Source of the DNA: Sedimentisphaerales bacterium
Lineage (GTDB): Bacteria > Planctomycetota > Phycisphaerae > Sedimentisphaerales > SM23-30
Assembly (NCBI GenBank): GCA_016928435.1
Contig: JAFGKT010000064.1
Coordinates: forward strand, 2,753-66,752
Length of the DNA: 64,000 bases
Reading direction: 5' to 3'
How positions within the stretch are numbered: position 1 is the stretch's first letter; every line of letters starts with the position of its first letter. Both the position numbers and the translations under genes were made by a program. Below the pieces are notes generated by a model that saw only the letters and a list, made by a program, of their open reading frames with translations, had not been told where the DNA came from and searched no databases. Shown here in pieces: positions 27,359 to 36,452 of the stretch.

Positions 27359-28998
27359 GGCAACGGCTCCCAGTTATCTTTTGCGGTGATGGGTAAGAGG
27401 TTGACACGGTTGGCTTGGTCGTCGAGTGTTTCATGGCAGCGTGAGCATTGGCCGTCGAGGGTGTGCATGAAGTAAGCGAGATCGTCACGGTCGTTGGGTG
27501 AGCCGAAGAATGGGGGCATAAAACCGCGGAAGCTTTCGAGGTGTTCGAGCGAACGGGCGAGCATGGTTGGGGTCCAGTTACGGACGAGTGGTTTGATGGC
27601 GTTGTAGCCATCGAAATCGTGGCAGCGGAGGCATTGGGCGTTGTAAATCCATTGGCCGCGGATTGCTTGGCCGGTGCGATGCTGACGAAGCAGGTTGGCG
27701 AATATCAAGGGGTCTTGAGTGTAGAACTCGGCCTCGCTAATGGTGAACTCAGCGAGATGGGCGCCTTGACGATCGAGAGGCAGTTGCGCGACGGTCAGGC
27801 CCAGCTCCAGGGCGATAGCTTGCGGATCGGTGACGATGGGGATGTTTACATCGATGGGGTTTATGGCCCAGGGATGGAATCGCAGTACGGTGTCGTTGGG
27901 GACGGGGCCGGTATAGGGCAGATCGCGGAGTTGGGCGATGGTGGCTTCACGACGTATGGGTTGCTGGGCGGTGAGAGTGTCGCGTATGGCAGGTGCTTGG
28001 GATTTGAGTATGCCGTTGCTGTAAACGTGATTCCAGATGAGGTAAGGTTTGCGCATTCCTTCGCGAACGAATTCGGATGCGCCGGTGGCGATAAATGCCA
28101 AGATTAGCAGCAGCAACGCGGTGCCAAGTGTTACGGAATGTTTGCGGACAATAATGAAGGTGTAGCTATAGAAAGCGATGAGGGTGAAACCTACCAGAGC
28201 GAAGGCGAAGAGCAGTCCCATTACGACGGAGCCGCCGGTAAGATAGGATAACGACAAAGGCGGGCAGCGGAAAAAGTACCATACGGCGGCGGGTATAGCC
28301 AGGACAAGCGGCAGAAGGGCTTTGCCAGCCAGTTGGGTTAGGCGATCACGTTCGGCGGGGGTGTATTTACGGGAAGCGTTGATAAGAACCAAGGCAAAAA
28401 GTGCGCCGAGAGTGAGAGCGCTGATGGTGCGAAGGATAAGCGAAGGCCAATAGGCTGGGTTGAACAATCCGGGCCAGAAAGAGAATGTGAAAGGGGTGGT
28501 GGATGAATCGAAGATGTGGCCAGGGGTTATCATGAAAGTCAATATGCCGTTGATTACCACCAGCGAGAGGAAAGCGGACACGGCGTACACCCAGCCGATG
28601 AAACAATGAGCTCGGGGCGAAATGGTTTTCCAAGTGTAGTAATAGAGATATCCGGAAATGATTTCGACGGTGAACAAGAGCCATTCGAGGGCCCAGGCCC
28701 AGAGGAACAGGTGGATGAGTATGGAGGTGGTTTCGGGACTGACGATAGAGATGGAAAACCAGATGCCTACGCCGGTGACTACACCGCCGATCAGAGGAAG
28801 CAATATGATTAGTTTGCTGTTATCGCGGAGAAATTTTTGGATAGCGGTGTCGTTGTGTCTGAGGGCGTGGGTTTCGGCGATGGCGTTGAACAGTCCGGCC
28901 CCCACAGCGAAGTGCGCTATGAACACATGGACGATGGCGATCGAGGCGATGACCATCGCGCCTCCGAAATAAGGCAGATACCAAATAGGATAATCCAT
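27355..28998 (-). CDS. Cytochrome bd-type (CydA-like) membrane subunit fused to a C-terminal dihaem cytochrome c domain
   Basis: The N-terminus (IAIVHVFIAHFAVGAGLF ... WAWALEWLLFTVE) resembles CydA helices. Two CxxCH motifs: CLRCH (27619-27633) and CSRCH (27433-27447). Confidence 0.7.
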   Translation of the reverse strand: MDYPIWYLPYFGGAMVIASIAIVHVFIAHFAVGAGLFNAIAETHALRHNDTAIQKFLRDNSKLIILLPLIGGVVTGVGIWFSISIVSPETTSILIHLFLWAWALEWLLFTVEIISGYLYYYTWKTISPRAHCFIGWVYAVSAFLSLVVINGILTFMITPGHIFDSSTTPFTFSFWPGLFNPAYWPSLILRTISALTLGALFALVLINASRKYTPAERDRLTQLAGKALLPLVLAIPAAVWYFFRCPPLSLSYLTGGSVVMGLLFAFALVGFTLIAFYSYTFIIVRKHSVTLGTALLLLILAFIATGASEFVREGMRKPYLIWNHVYSNGILKSQAPAIRDTLTAQQPIRREATIAQLRDLPYTGPVPNDTVLRFHPWAINPIDVNIPIVTDPQAIALELGLTVAQLPLDRQGAHLAEFTISEAEFYTQDPLIFANLLRQHRTGQAIRGQWIYNAQCLRCHDFDGYNAIKPLVRNWTPTMLARSLEHLESFRGFMPPFFGSPNDRDDLAYFMHTLDGQCSRCHETLDDQANRVNLLPITAKDNWEPLP

Positions 28999-29074
28999 AA
29001 CAGCGTTCCTCAGAAGCGTTTATAAATCGCCTCATAGGATGCCGGAAAACAGGGCGGTTGTCAAGGGTTTAGAT

Positions 29075-29300
29075 AAGCGTTCACAGCAAAGAGAACCACT
29101 AATTGACACTAATATTCACTAATATAGCTGCCAGGGGCATGATAACGGCAAAAGTGGTTAGTCGGTGAGCATAAGGAAACAGATAGCTCAGAGAATAATT
29201 AACCACAAAAGAACGCGAAAGATAAACACAAATAGCTAAGAATAGGCACGAATAAAGGCATTATTGATTCATTAGCGGTTGCTAGAGCGTGAACGGTACT
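29075..29300. mobile_element. MITE-like repeat, copy C, flanked by 9-bp direct repeat GGTTTAGAT
   Basis: TSD at 29066-29074 and 29301-29309. Ends AAGCGTTCAC / GTGAACGGTACT. Three CACTAAT heptamers near the left end. Confidence 0.75.
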
Positions 29301-29561
29301 GGTTTAGATTTCTTTAAGGGGACAGGGGTTTGCTGGTCGGCATAATCGATACATTCGTTACATTACTCAAGGTCGGGCAGGTGAGTTCAGGGAAAATGGT
29401 TGAGATTTTTGAAGTCGCGTTGCCGGGAGGGTATTTGAATATTATGTTTAAGGCAGTTAGTGAGGCATTTGAGTTGATTGAGTCATGGTGGGGTGACTTT
29501 GGTTTAGGGCAGGGAGGCCTAGATTTGTCCTATTATTTTGGACAGCGAAGGATCCAGGGTT

Positions 29562-29816
29562 ATGAAAGGCAGACGAAGAAACAGTTTATTTAAGATATTA
29601 TTGGGTTTTATGGCAGGGGTTATTGTCGCGTTGTGTTTGCTGGTGCCGGGCAAGGTTGGACCGACGGTTCTGGTTTGCGGCGATGAACGGGCGCAATGTG
29701 ACCAACTGGATCGCGTAGGGGCACAGATAGAAAGCCTGAGCGATCGGGCAGTGGGATATGTTGGTGACGCCGGCTCTTACGTGCGAGAGCGTATATCGAA
29801 TTGGTCCGGAGAGTAG
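29562..29816 (+). CDS. Hypothetical small membrane-anchored protein
   Basis: MKGRRRNSLFKILLGFMAGVIVALCLL signal-anchor. Followed by its own terminator at 29860-29894. Confidence 0.45.
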   Translation: MKGRRRNSLFKILLGFMAGVIVALCLLVPGKVGPTVLVCGDERAQCDQLDRVGAQIESLSDRAVGYVGDAGSYVRERISNWSGE

Positions 29817-29859
29817 TATTACTCTGGACGATTCGTTGGTAAATATTACACCTTTTTCG

Positions 29860-29894
29860 AGCCCGCTTGTTTTTGGATGAGCGGGCTTTCTTTA
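29860..29894 (+). terminator. Rho-independent terminator
   Basis: Stem AGCCCGCT (29860-29867) / AGCGGGCT (29880-29887) followed by a TTTCTTT run. Confidence 0.6.
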
Positions 29895-30073
29895 TGCGCT
29901 GGTATGGTGGAGTGAGCGGATTTGTTTGGTTGGTGTTTGAGCAGCCTTTAGCTGTGCGAAAGGGTGCCACCCGGAAAGGTGTTTGGGTTTGGGGGGTTGA
30001 CAAAAATAGCCGAAGCGTTTAGATTGGCATTGGTAGCGAGGATATTTAGCAGTTTTTTGCCGACTTGGAGGCT

Positions 30074-30673
30074 ATGATGGATATAAAGAGCCGGGGTGTG
30101 CAAACGCGCGAGGCGATTTTGAAAGTATCAGCCCAGTCGTTCACTATACATGGTTATCGTGACACGAGTCTGAGTGATATTCTAAGTGCGGTGGCGATTA
30201 GCAAGGGGGCTTTTTATCATCACTTCAAAAGCAAGGAAGAAATGGCGCTGGCGGTTCTGGATGAGGTTCGTGATGATTTTGCCTCGATATTTGAGGAGGC
30301 CACCGCGAATTTAGCTTCGTCCGATGAGCATTTGCGGGCTGTGCTGCGTAAGTTAGCGGATTTGCACAATGGTGGGCAATGGACTAAGGGGGTGTTGCTG
30401 GCGCGTCTGGTTCAAGAAACTTCAGCCGAAGAAGGGTTATTAGCGGATCGTGTTCGGGAGGTGGTGGCGTGGTTGTTGGGTGTTTTGGATTCATTGGTGA
30501 AGGCGGCACAAGACGGTGGGAAGGTACGTAATGATTTGCCGAGCGATGCGGCGGCAAGTTTGATATTATCGACTTGGTTCGGCGCCGCGGGGTTGAACGG
30601 ATTGCAGCACGAAGCCTTTTCTTTGGAGGTGGTGTTTGGTGCAATTATGGCCTTGCTGAATATAGATGGATGA
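30074..30673 (+). CDS. TetR/AcrR family transcriptional regulator
   Basis: HTH TSLSDILSAVAISKGAFYHHFKSKEE. A candidate promoter TTGACA-16-TTAGAT lies at 29997-30024. Confidence 0.88.
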   Translation: MMDIKSRGVQTREAILKVSAQSFTIHGYRDTSLSDILSAVAISKGAFYHHFKSKEEMALAVLDEVRDDFASIFEEATANLASSDEHLRAVLRKLADLHNGGQWTKGVLLARLVQETSAEEGLLADRVREVVAWLLGVLDSLVKAAQDGGKVRNDLPSDAAASLILSTWFGAAGLNGLQHEAFSLEVVFGAIMALLNIDG

Positions 30674-31456
30674 TATGGTGAAGTGCAGCAACTGTGAAGA
30701 TGAATCTGTTCGAGCTCGGGATCGAATGGCTGAAGAATTTGTGCGGGCTGGTTTGCGTCCGGGCGGGGTGGCTTTGGTGCATTCGTCTTTGCGATCTTTG
30801 GGGCTGGTACCGGGCGGCGCGGATACGGTTATAGAAGCATTAAGGACGGCTTTGGGCAGTGGGGGCACGTTGTTGATGCCGGCTTTGAGTCATGAATTCG
30901 TCAATTATGAGCAACGGATATTTGATGTTTTGCGCACACCTTCTTGTGTTGGGGCGCTGACGGAGGTTTTTCGCTGCCGGTCAGGGGTGCTGCGTAGTTT
31001 GCATCCAACGCATTCGGTTTGCGGGATTGGTCCGGCAGCGCAAAGAATACTAAGTGAACATCATTTGGATAGCACGCCGTGCGGTGAGCGGTCACCTTTT
31101 AGGCGTTTACGAGATATTGACGGACAGATTGTTTTTATTGGCTGCGGCACGCGCTGTAACACGTCGATGCATGGCGTGGAGGAATTGGTAGAACCGCCTT
31201 ATTGTTTGGCGCGGCAGTTAGTTATACGTTAATAACCAGGGACGGACAAGAAATCGACGTTCGTTGTCGGCGTCATAGTTTTCGGGGTTGGTTGCAACGT
31301 TATGATCGGGTTGTCAAATTATTGAAGGCTGGGGAGTATCACAAAGGCCAAGTGATGAATGCCGAGGTGGAGATAATGGATGCGTCGGCGGTTTGGGAGC
31401 GGGGATTGTCGGCATTGAAGCGTAATGCTTTCGCGTTGGTTGATCCAGTGCGTTAA
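30666..31456 (+). pseudogene. AAC(3)-family aminoglycoside N-acetyltransferase, interrupted by a 1-nt frameshift near 31200-31204
   Basis: Track ORFs 30666..31232 and 31202..31456 carry the N- and C-terminal halves of one AAC(3)-like protein (VALVHSSLRSLG ... GTLLMPALS ... HGVEELVEPPY | LFGAAVSYTL ... QRYDRV). The joint reads CCTTATTGTTTGG. The likely true start is ATG 30726. Confidence 0.7.
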
Positions 31457-31474
31457 GGTCAGCGGCATTGGTGT

Positions 31475-32866
31475 TCAAGATACAATTTCTTGGGCGGCGG
31501 GGTCAACTTCGAGTTGGAAGTGTTTCATTTTTTTGTATAGGGTGGTGCGGTTGATGCCGAGCATTTCGGCGGTCATTTGGCGATTCCAATTGTTTTGCTG
31601 GAGCGCGGCTTTGATGATTTTACGTTCAGGTTCTTCGAGGGCTTCGCGCAAGGTCATTGGTTTGAAAATATCGTCGCTTTGCTGTTTAGAGAATTCGACG
31701 ATATGAGGGGTAAGGTCTTCAGGCTGGATGATTGCATGCTTGCTGAGCAAGACGGCGCGTTCGACGACGTTTTCGAGTTCGCGCACATTGCCGGGCCAAT
31801 TGTAGGCTTCCAAGTATTTGATAGTTTCGTGGGCGAATCCGGTTTTTTCTTTTTCGTGATGGGCGCACATTTTTACGAGGAATCTTTCAGCCAATAGCGG
31901 TATATCGGTTCTGCGCTGGGCCAATGAAGGTAATTCAATGTTGACTACATTGATGCGATAAAATAAGTCTTGGCGGAAGTTGCCGGCTTGGACTTCACCG
32001 GCTAGGTCGGCGTTGGTTGCCAGCAGTACACGCACATCCACGGTACGAGTTTCATTGCTTCCTACAGGTTCAAACTGCTTTTCTTGGAGAACTCTTAGGA
32101 GTTTGACTTGGAGACTGGGCGAAGCGGAGTTGATTTCGTCAAGAAAGAGGGTTCCCTCGTTTGCAGCTAGGAATTTACCTTCTTTGTCGGCGACGGCACC
32201 GGTGAATGAGCCTTTGGTATGGCCGAACAATTCGCTTTCTAACAGTGTTTCCGGCAGAGCGCCGCAACTCATTTCGATAAAGGGTTTGTCCATGCGATTG
32301 GAACGATGGTGGATGGACCGGGCGATTAGACTTTTACCGGTTCCGCTTTGGCCGGATATTAACACGGTTGCTTTGCTGTCAGCCACGGCTTCGATGAGGT
32401 CAAAGATCTTGAGCATTTTATAATCTTGGCCGACGATGTTTTCCAAGCCGAAACGGTTTTTGAGTTGGTCGCGCAAGTTGCGATTTTCCTGGAGGAGCAT
32501 TTGCTGATCTAAGGCTCGCTTGACAATCATTCGGATTTCATCATCGACGATGGGCTTGGTAAGATAGTCGTAGGCGCCCATTTTGATGGCTTCGACGGCG
32601 GACTCGATGGTGCCGTAGCCGGTGATAACGATAGTGACAATTTCGGGATAGCGTTTGCGAATAACGCGCAGCAGTTCAAAACCATCCACCTCGGGCATGT
32701 TGACGTCGGTTATGACCAGGTTGAACTTTTGTTTCTCCAGTTGTTTGAGTGCCGCGGTGAATCCATCGGCCCCGACGGCGTTAAATCCCTCGAGCTTGAG
32801 AAACTCACAGAGAGAATCTTGAATGATTTGGTCGTCGTCAACAACAAGGATATTCTTATTAGCCAT
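31475..32866 (-). CDS. Sigma-54-dependent response regulator (NtrC family enhancer-binding protein)
   Basis: Receiver domain (ITDVNMPEVDG), AAA+ Walker A GQSGTGKS, sigma-54 contact loop GSFTGA, C-terminal Fis-type HTH MLGINRTTLYKKMK. Confidence 0.93.
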   Translation of the reverse strand: MANKNILVVDDDQIIQDSLCEFLKLEGFNAVGADGFTAALKQLEKQKFNLVITDVNMPEVDGFELLRVIRKRYPEIVTIVITGYGTIESAVEAIKMGAYDYLTKPIVDDEIRMIVKRALDQQMLLQENRNLRDQLKNRFGLENIVGQDYKMLKIFDLIEAVADSKATVLISGQSGTGKSLIARSIHHRSNRMDKPFIEMSCGALPETLLESELFGHTKGSFTGAVADKEGKFLAANEGTLFLDEINSASPSLQVKLLRVLQEKQFEPVGSNETRTVDVRVLLATNADLAGEVQAGNFRQDLFYRINVVNIELPSLAQRRTDIPLLAERFLVKMCAHHEKEKTGFAHETIKYLEAYNWPGNVRELENVVERAVLLSKHAIIQPEDLTPHIVEFSKQQSDDIFKPMTLREALEEPERKIIKAALQQNNWNRQMTAEMLGINRTTLYKKMKHFQLEVDPAAQEIVS

Positions 32867-32921
32867 ATTCGTTTTGATCCTGTTTGCGTTACTTTTTACT
32901 TAAGATGTTTTCGGAAGGCAA

Positions 32922-34082
32922 TTATTCGGTCCGGAAGCTGGTGCATAGCAACGGTATGGTAACGGTAAACTTCGCGCCGCCTTGTGGATGATTTTGGGCG
33001 GTTATTTGTCCATTGTATTTTTCGATGATATCTTTGCAGATCGCCAGTCCCAGGCCGGTTCCTTTGCCGGGCGCTTTGGTGGTAAAGAAGGGTTCAAAGA
33101 GCTTTTCCCGGACTTCATCGTTGAGTCCCATTCCGGTATCGCAGAAATCGATCACTGCATCATTGCTGGTACATAGGGTAGTTATGGTGAGTTGGCGTTG
33201 TTGAGTGGGCGGGCAATGCTCGACCATGGCGTCGATGGCATTCTTTATTAGGTTGCAGAAGACTTGGAACATATTTCCGGAGCGGATATTGGGCATAGCT
33301 GAGGCATAGTTGCGAATGATTTCGACGTTGTTATTGACGGCTTGGGCTTCGAGGGTTTTGACGGCTTCTTCGACGATCTTGTTTATGTCGGCTTCGGCGG
33401 CGGCGGAATAGGTGCTGCGGGAGAATTCCAGCAGTTCGCCGATGATGTGTACCATTCTTTGCAGGCCGACGCGTGATTGCTTAAGGTAGCGGTCAATTTG
33501 CTCGAGTTGCTGTTGGTCGGCGATTCTAATGGCCAGATTGATGTATCGCAAGATGCCGTCCAAAGGGTTGTTGAGTTCGTGGGCGACTCGGGCGGCGAGT
33601 TTGCCTACGCTGGCTAATCGCTCAGCGTCAGCCAAGTCAGTTTGCATGGTGACGCCGGCGGTAATATCCTGAAAAGCCAAAGCTCCCCGCGCAACGTCGT
33701 TTTTGAGCTGCTGTTCCAGCGGAGTGCAGATCATACGCAATATTCTGGTTCGTTTGGAATTGCTGTAGCGGATTTCATCGTAGCTTTTAGACTTGTCTTG
33801 GTCGAGGGTGTCTTCCAATAGGGATTGCCAATCGGTTGCTTCGTCGCTTGTGGAACATGATTGTAATATTTCGAGGATATTCTCACATGGGCCGAACATT
33901 TCTTGGGCGGCTGGGTTGGTGGTGATGGTGTCGAAGTTTCGGTCAAAGGTGATGACCGCCAGGGGCAAATGCGCGATGATTTGCTCAGCGATAGTGGGGT
34001 TGGCGGGAAGCCCAGCGGTGGATTGGTGTTGTGGTTTCTCAGGCATATGTGAGTATTGTGTCCTGCAAAGTGTTGATTGCAT
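32922..34082 (-). CDS. Sensor histidine kinase (PAS-HisKA-HATPase, apparently cytoplasmic)
   Basis: H-box [10 protein letters not shown]-box [10 protein letters not shown]-boxes DTGMGL and GTGLGLAI. No obvious TM segments. Alternative ATG at 34046. Confidence 0.9.
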   Translation of the reverse strand: MQSTLCRTQYSHMPEKPQHQSTAGLPANPTIAEQIIAHLPLAVITFDRNFDTITTNPAAQEMFGPCENILEILQSCSTSDEATDWQSLLEDTLDQDKSKSYDEIRYSNSKRTRILRMICTPLEQQLKNDVARGALAFQDITAGVTMQTDLADAERLASVGKLAARVAHELNNPLDGILRYINLAIRIADQQQLEQIDRYLKQSRVGLQRMVHIIGELLEFSRSTYSAAAEADINKIVEEAVKTLEAQAVNNNVEIIRNYASAMPNIRSGNMFQVFCNLIKNAIDAMVEHCPPTQQRQLTITTLCTSNDAVIDFCDTGMGLNDEVREKLFEPFFTTKAPGKGTGLGLAICKDIIEKYNGQITAQNHPQGGAKFTVTIPLLCTSFRTE

Positions 34083-34543
34083 TCATCACGCAAAGCGGCA
34101 TGCGGTGTTTGATCAAGGGTGCTAATCCAGCTATTATCATTGGTATCACCGTAGCGGTCTCAAGTCAAGCAAGAGAGTAGTATTTTCTCAACATCGACAA
34201 ATAAACATGCTGTCTAAACGCAACATGGAGAATTTAGGAATATAATTTTTGCTTATGGCGGCGATTAGCAGATTTTCGGTCTTTTCAGCATCTTGGCGGG
34301 GGATTATTGGCGAATAAAGAGGGTGATTTTTGGGGGCAGTACAGAATCTGGTGGGTGAAGGCAAAAATGAGAGATAATTTTTTTGTACTTAAGGTCTGTC
34401 CTATTTGCGGTTTACGACATTAGGCCAATTGTAGATGGCGACGTAGCGTTTTTTTTTCTTGGAAAGTTGAGGTTATCGGGCTATTATTATTCATAGATGA
34501 CAGAGGCAGCGCCACTGTTATCGAGAGAGAGAGACAATGGGGA

Positions 34544-34573
34544 GAGAGCTAGGGCTAACCTGGCTCTTTTTTT
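34544..34573 (+). terminator. Orphan terminator-like hairpin in a gene-free region
   Basis: GAGAGCTAGG (34544-34553) / CCTGGCTCTT (34559-34568), 8/10 pairs, loop GCTAA, then a T run to 34573. No ORF of 60 aa or more lies upstream on this strand. Confidence 0.4.
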
Positions 34574-34687
34574 ATGCGCGGAGATAATGGAGCGGCCCGG
34601 GGGTATTTTTGTGTAAGTGTTTTATTGGTTGGGTTTTGCGCTGGTTGGCGGAGTGGGTGTTGATTGGTTTGTAAGCGTTGGCAGGAA

Positions 34688-34740
34688 AGGGAACCGCGTG
34701 GGTAACTTTGAACATCTTGTTCAAAATTACCCACCCTACC
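34688..34740. repeat. Palindromic repeat element, copy 1 (37-nt hairpin core)
   Basis: GGGAACCGCGTGGGTAACTTTGAACA-TCT-TGTTCAAAATTACCCACCCTACC. Arms pair 16/17. Second copy at 35852-35902. Confidence 0.7.
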
Positions 34741-34888
34741 AAAGGCTAAGTGGTTTGGTTTTGAGGATTGACGCCGGCGGGGGTAAACTATATAAAGTCT
34801 TCTATGTGGCTCATTTAGATGCGTTTGCTGGTGCTGTTTGCTGGAGCGACATAATTGGAATAGGATTCGTTTTGTAATTGGAGGTGTG

Positions 34889-35761
34889 ATGTTTATTGAT
34901 ATTCACGCTCATTCTTATCGGGATCCGGCCCCTCGTTCGGCGGGCCAGACAGTGACGATCACGCCTGATGTTTTGCTGGGACTGTACGATAAGTATGAGA
35001 TCGATCGGGGGGTGTTGTTGCCCTTGGTGAATCCGGAGGTTTATCTGCCGCAATCGACAGAGGAGATTTTGGCGATAGTGGCTGAATATGGAGAGCGGCT
35101 GATACCATTTTGTAATGTTGATCCGCGGGCGATTACGAATTCAGCGGATGCGCCGTTGGGTGATGTTTTGCGTTATTATAAGGATAGGGGCTGCAAGGGG
35201 ATCGGCGAGGTGATGCCGAACTTGCCTTTTACCGATCCGTTGGTTCAGAATTTGTTTAAGCATGTGGAAGAGGTGGGGATGCCTTTGATCTTTGATATTT
35301 CTGATCGGATCGGGGGCGATTATGGATTGTATGATGATGTGGGTCTGCCTCAATTAGAGCGGTGTTTGCAGCGTTTTGGCAAATTGAAGATATTGGGGCA
35401 TGGGCCTGCTTTTTGGTCGGAGATTGGGCAATTGGAGACGCCCACGGACCGAGCGGGCTATCCGAAGTATCCGATCAAGGAAGAAGGGGTAGTGCCGAAG
35501 TTGCTGCGGCGGTACGAAAATATGTACGGCGATCTCTCGGCTGGGAGCGGCTTTGGCGCTTTGGCACGCGACCGGAAGTTCGCGGTGGAGTTTCTCAATG
35601 AATTTCAGGATAAGTTGTTGTTTGGGACGGATCTTTGCGTGGCTGAGGGCAAAGTGCCGTTAGCGGGATTCCTGAAGGAATTGAAGGCTGAGGGGAAACT
35701 GAGCGCTGAGGCGTTTGAAAAGATCGCTTGGCGTAACGCTGCGGAGATGTTGGATTTATAG
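34889..35761 (+). CDS. Amidohydrolase-family metal-dependent hydrolase (TIM barrel)
   Basis: N-terminal MFIDIHAHSY (HxH metal motif). ATG at 34889 follows GGAGGTGTG. Confidence 0.75.
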   Translation: MFIDIHAHSYRDPAPRSAGQTVTITPDVLLGLYDKYEIDRGVLLPLVNPEVYLPQSTEEILAIVAEYGERLIPFCNVDPRAITNSADAPLGDVLRYYKDRGCKGIGEVMPNLPFTDPLVQNLFKHVEEVGMPLIFDISDRIGGDYGLYDDVGLPQLERCLQRFGKLKILGHGPAFWSEIGQLETPTDRAGYPKYPIKEEGVVPKLLRRYENMYGDLSAGSGFGALARDRKFAVEFLNEFQDKLLFGTDLCVAEGKVPLAGFLKELKAEGKLSAEAFEKIAWRNAAEMLDL

Positions 35762-35851
35762 GGTGCGAATCGCACAGATAGATTTATTGACGATCGACGG
35801 TTGGGCTATGGTGTTTCTGCTGGTTGTTGCAACAGTTGGGGCGATTGATCA

Positions 35852-35902
35852 GGGAACCGCGTGGGTAACATTGAACAAGATGTTCAAAATTACACACCCT
35901 AC
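35852..35902. repeat. Palindromic repeat element, copy 2
   Basis: GGGAACCGCGTGGGTAACATTGAACA-AGA-TGTTCAAAATTACACACCCTACC. Same orientation as copy 1, but the 3-nt loop is complemented (TCT versus AGA). Confidence 0.7.
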
Positions 35903-36314
35903 CGGTTTGATTGGGGGGTGGGAATAAGTTTTTTTGGCCCGGTTTTATATTATCGGACGTTGGGGGTGGTGTAATCGTTACAGAGTGACTTGGACTGGTT
36001 TTAGGGGGCGTGCGGATGGGATAAGATGCGGGGTTAATTTGCATCTCGGGGGTTTATATTTTAGATTACAGATGAGAGATATACCTACTTAGGTATGGTT
36101 TCTTTGGCATGCCCTTACGGAGGCATTTCGACGCTGGGCAGAATCTACGTCGAATGTTGCTGATCCCCTAGAAGAAATACAGTAGAAGCGGCGCGCGCTT
36201 AGCGCCGTCGGCGGACGGTCTCTATCGCATGGATTGATGGTTGGTTTTGGATCCCGACTATTGACTTAGTGCATATAGAGATGGGATTCGTCATTAGAAA
36301 TACATAGCGCCCTA

Positions 36315-36365
36315 AGGAGGCACAGTTGTAATCGTTGCGCGGTTATGGCTGTGCCTCCTTTTTTG
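36315..36365 (+). terminator. Rho-independent terminator upstream of fliC (orphan)
   Basis: Stem AGGAGGCACAG (36315-36325) / CTGTGCCTCCT (36349-36359) followed by T6. No ORF of 60 aa or more lies upstream on this strand. Confidence 0.65.
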
Positions 36366-36452
36366 CGCGCCTGTTGCGCGTGAGTTGGCGGGTGCTATGT
36401 GAACAAGGCAGTCTAGATTTCAAAGTAAATCTCGATCGTAGGAGCGCACAAA

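Noticed and set aside
34698-34737. Palindromic repeats flanking the amidohydrolase considered as integron attC sites.
   Set aside because: The ends read GGGTAAC / ATTACCC and do not fit the RYYYAAC / GTTRRRY core sites. No integrase or cassette array is present.
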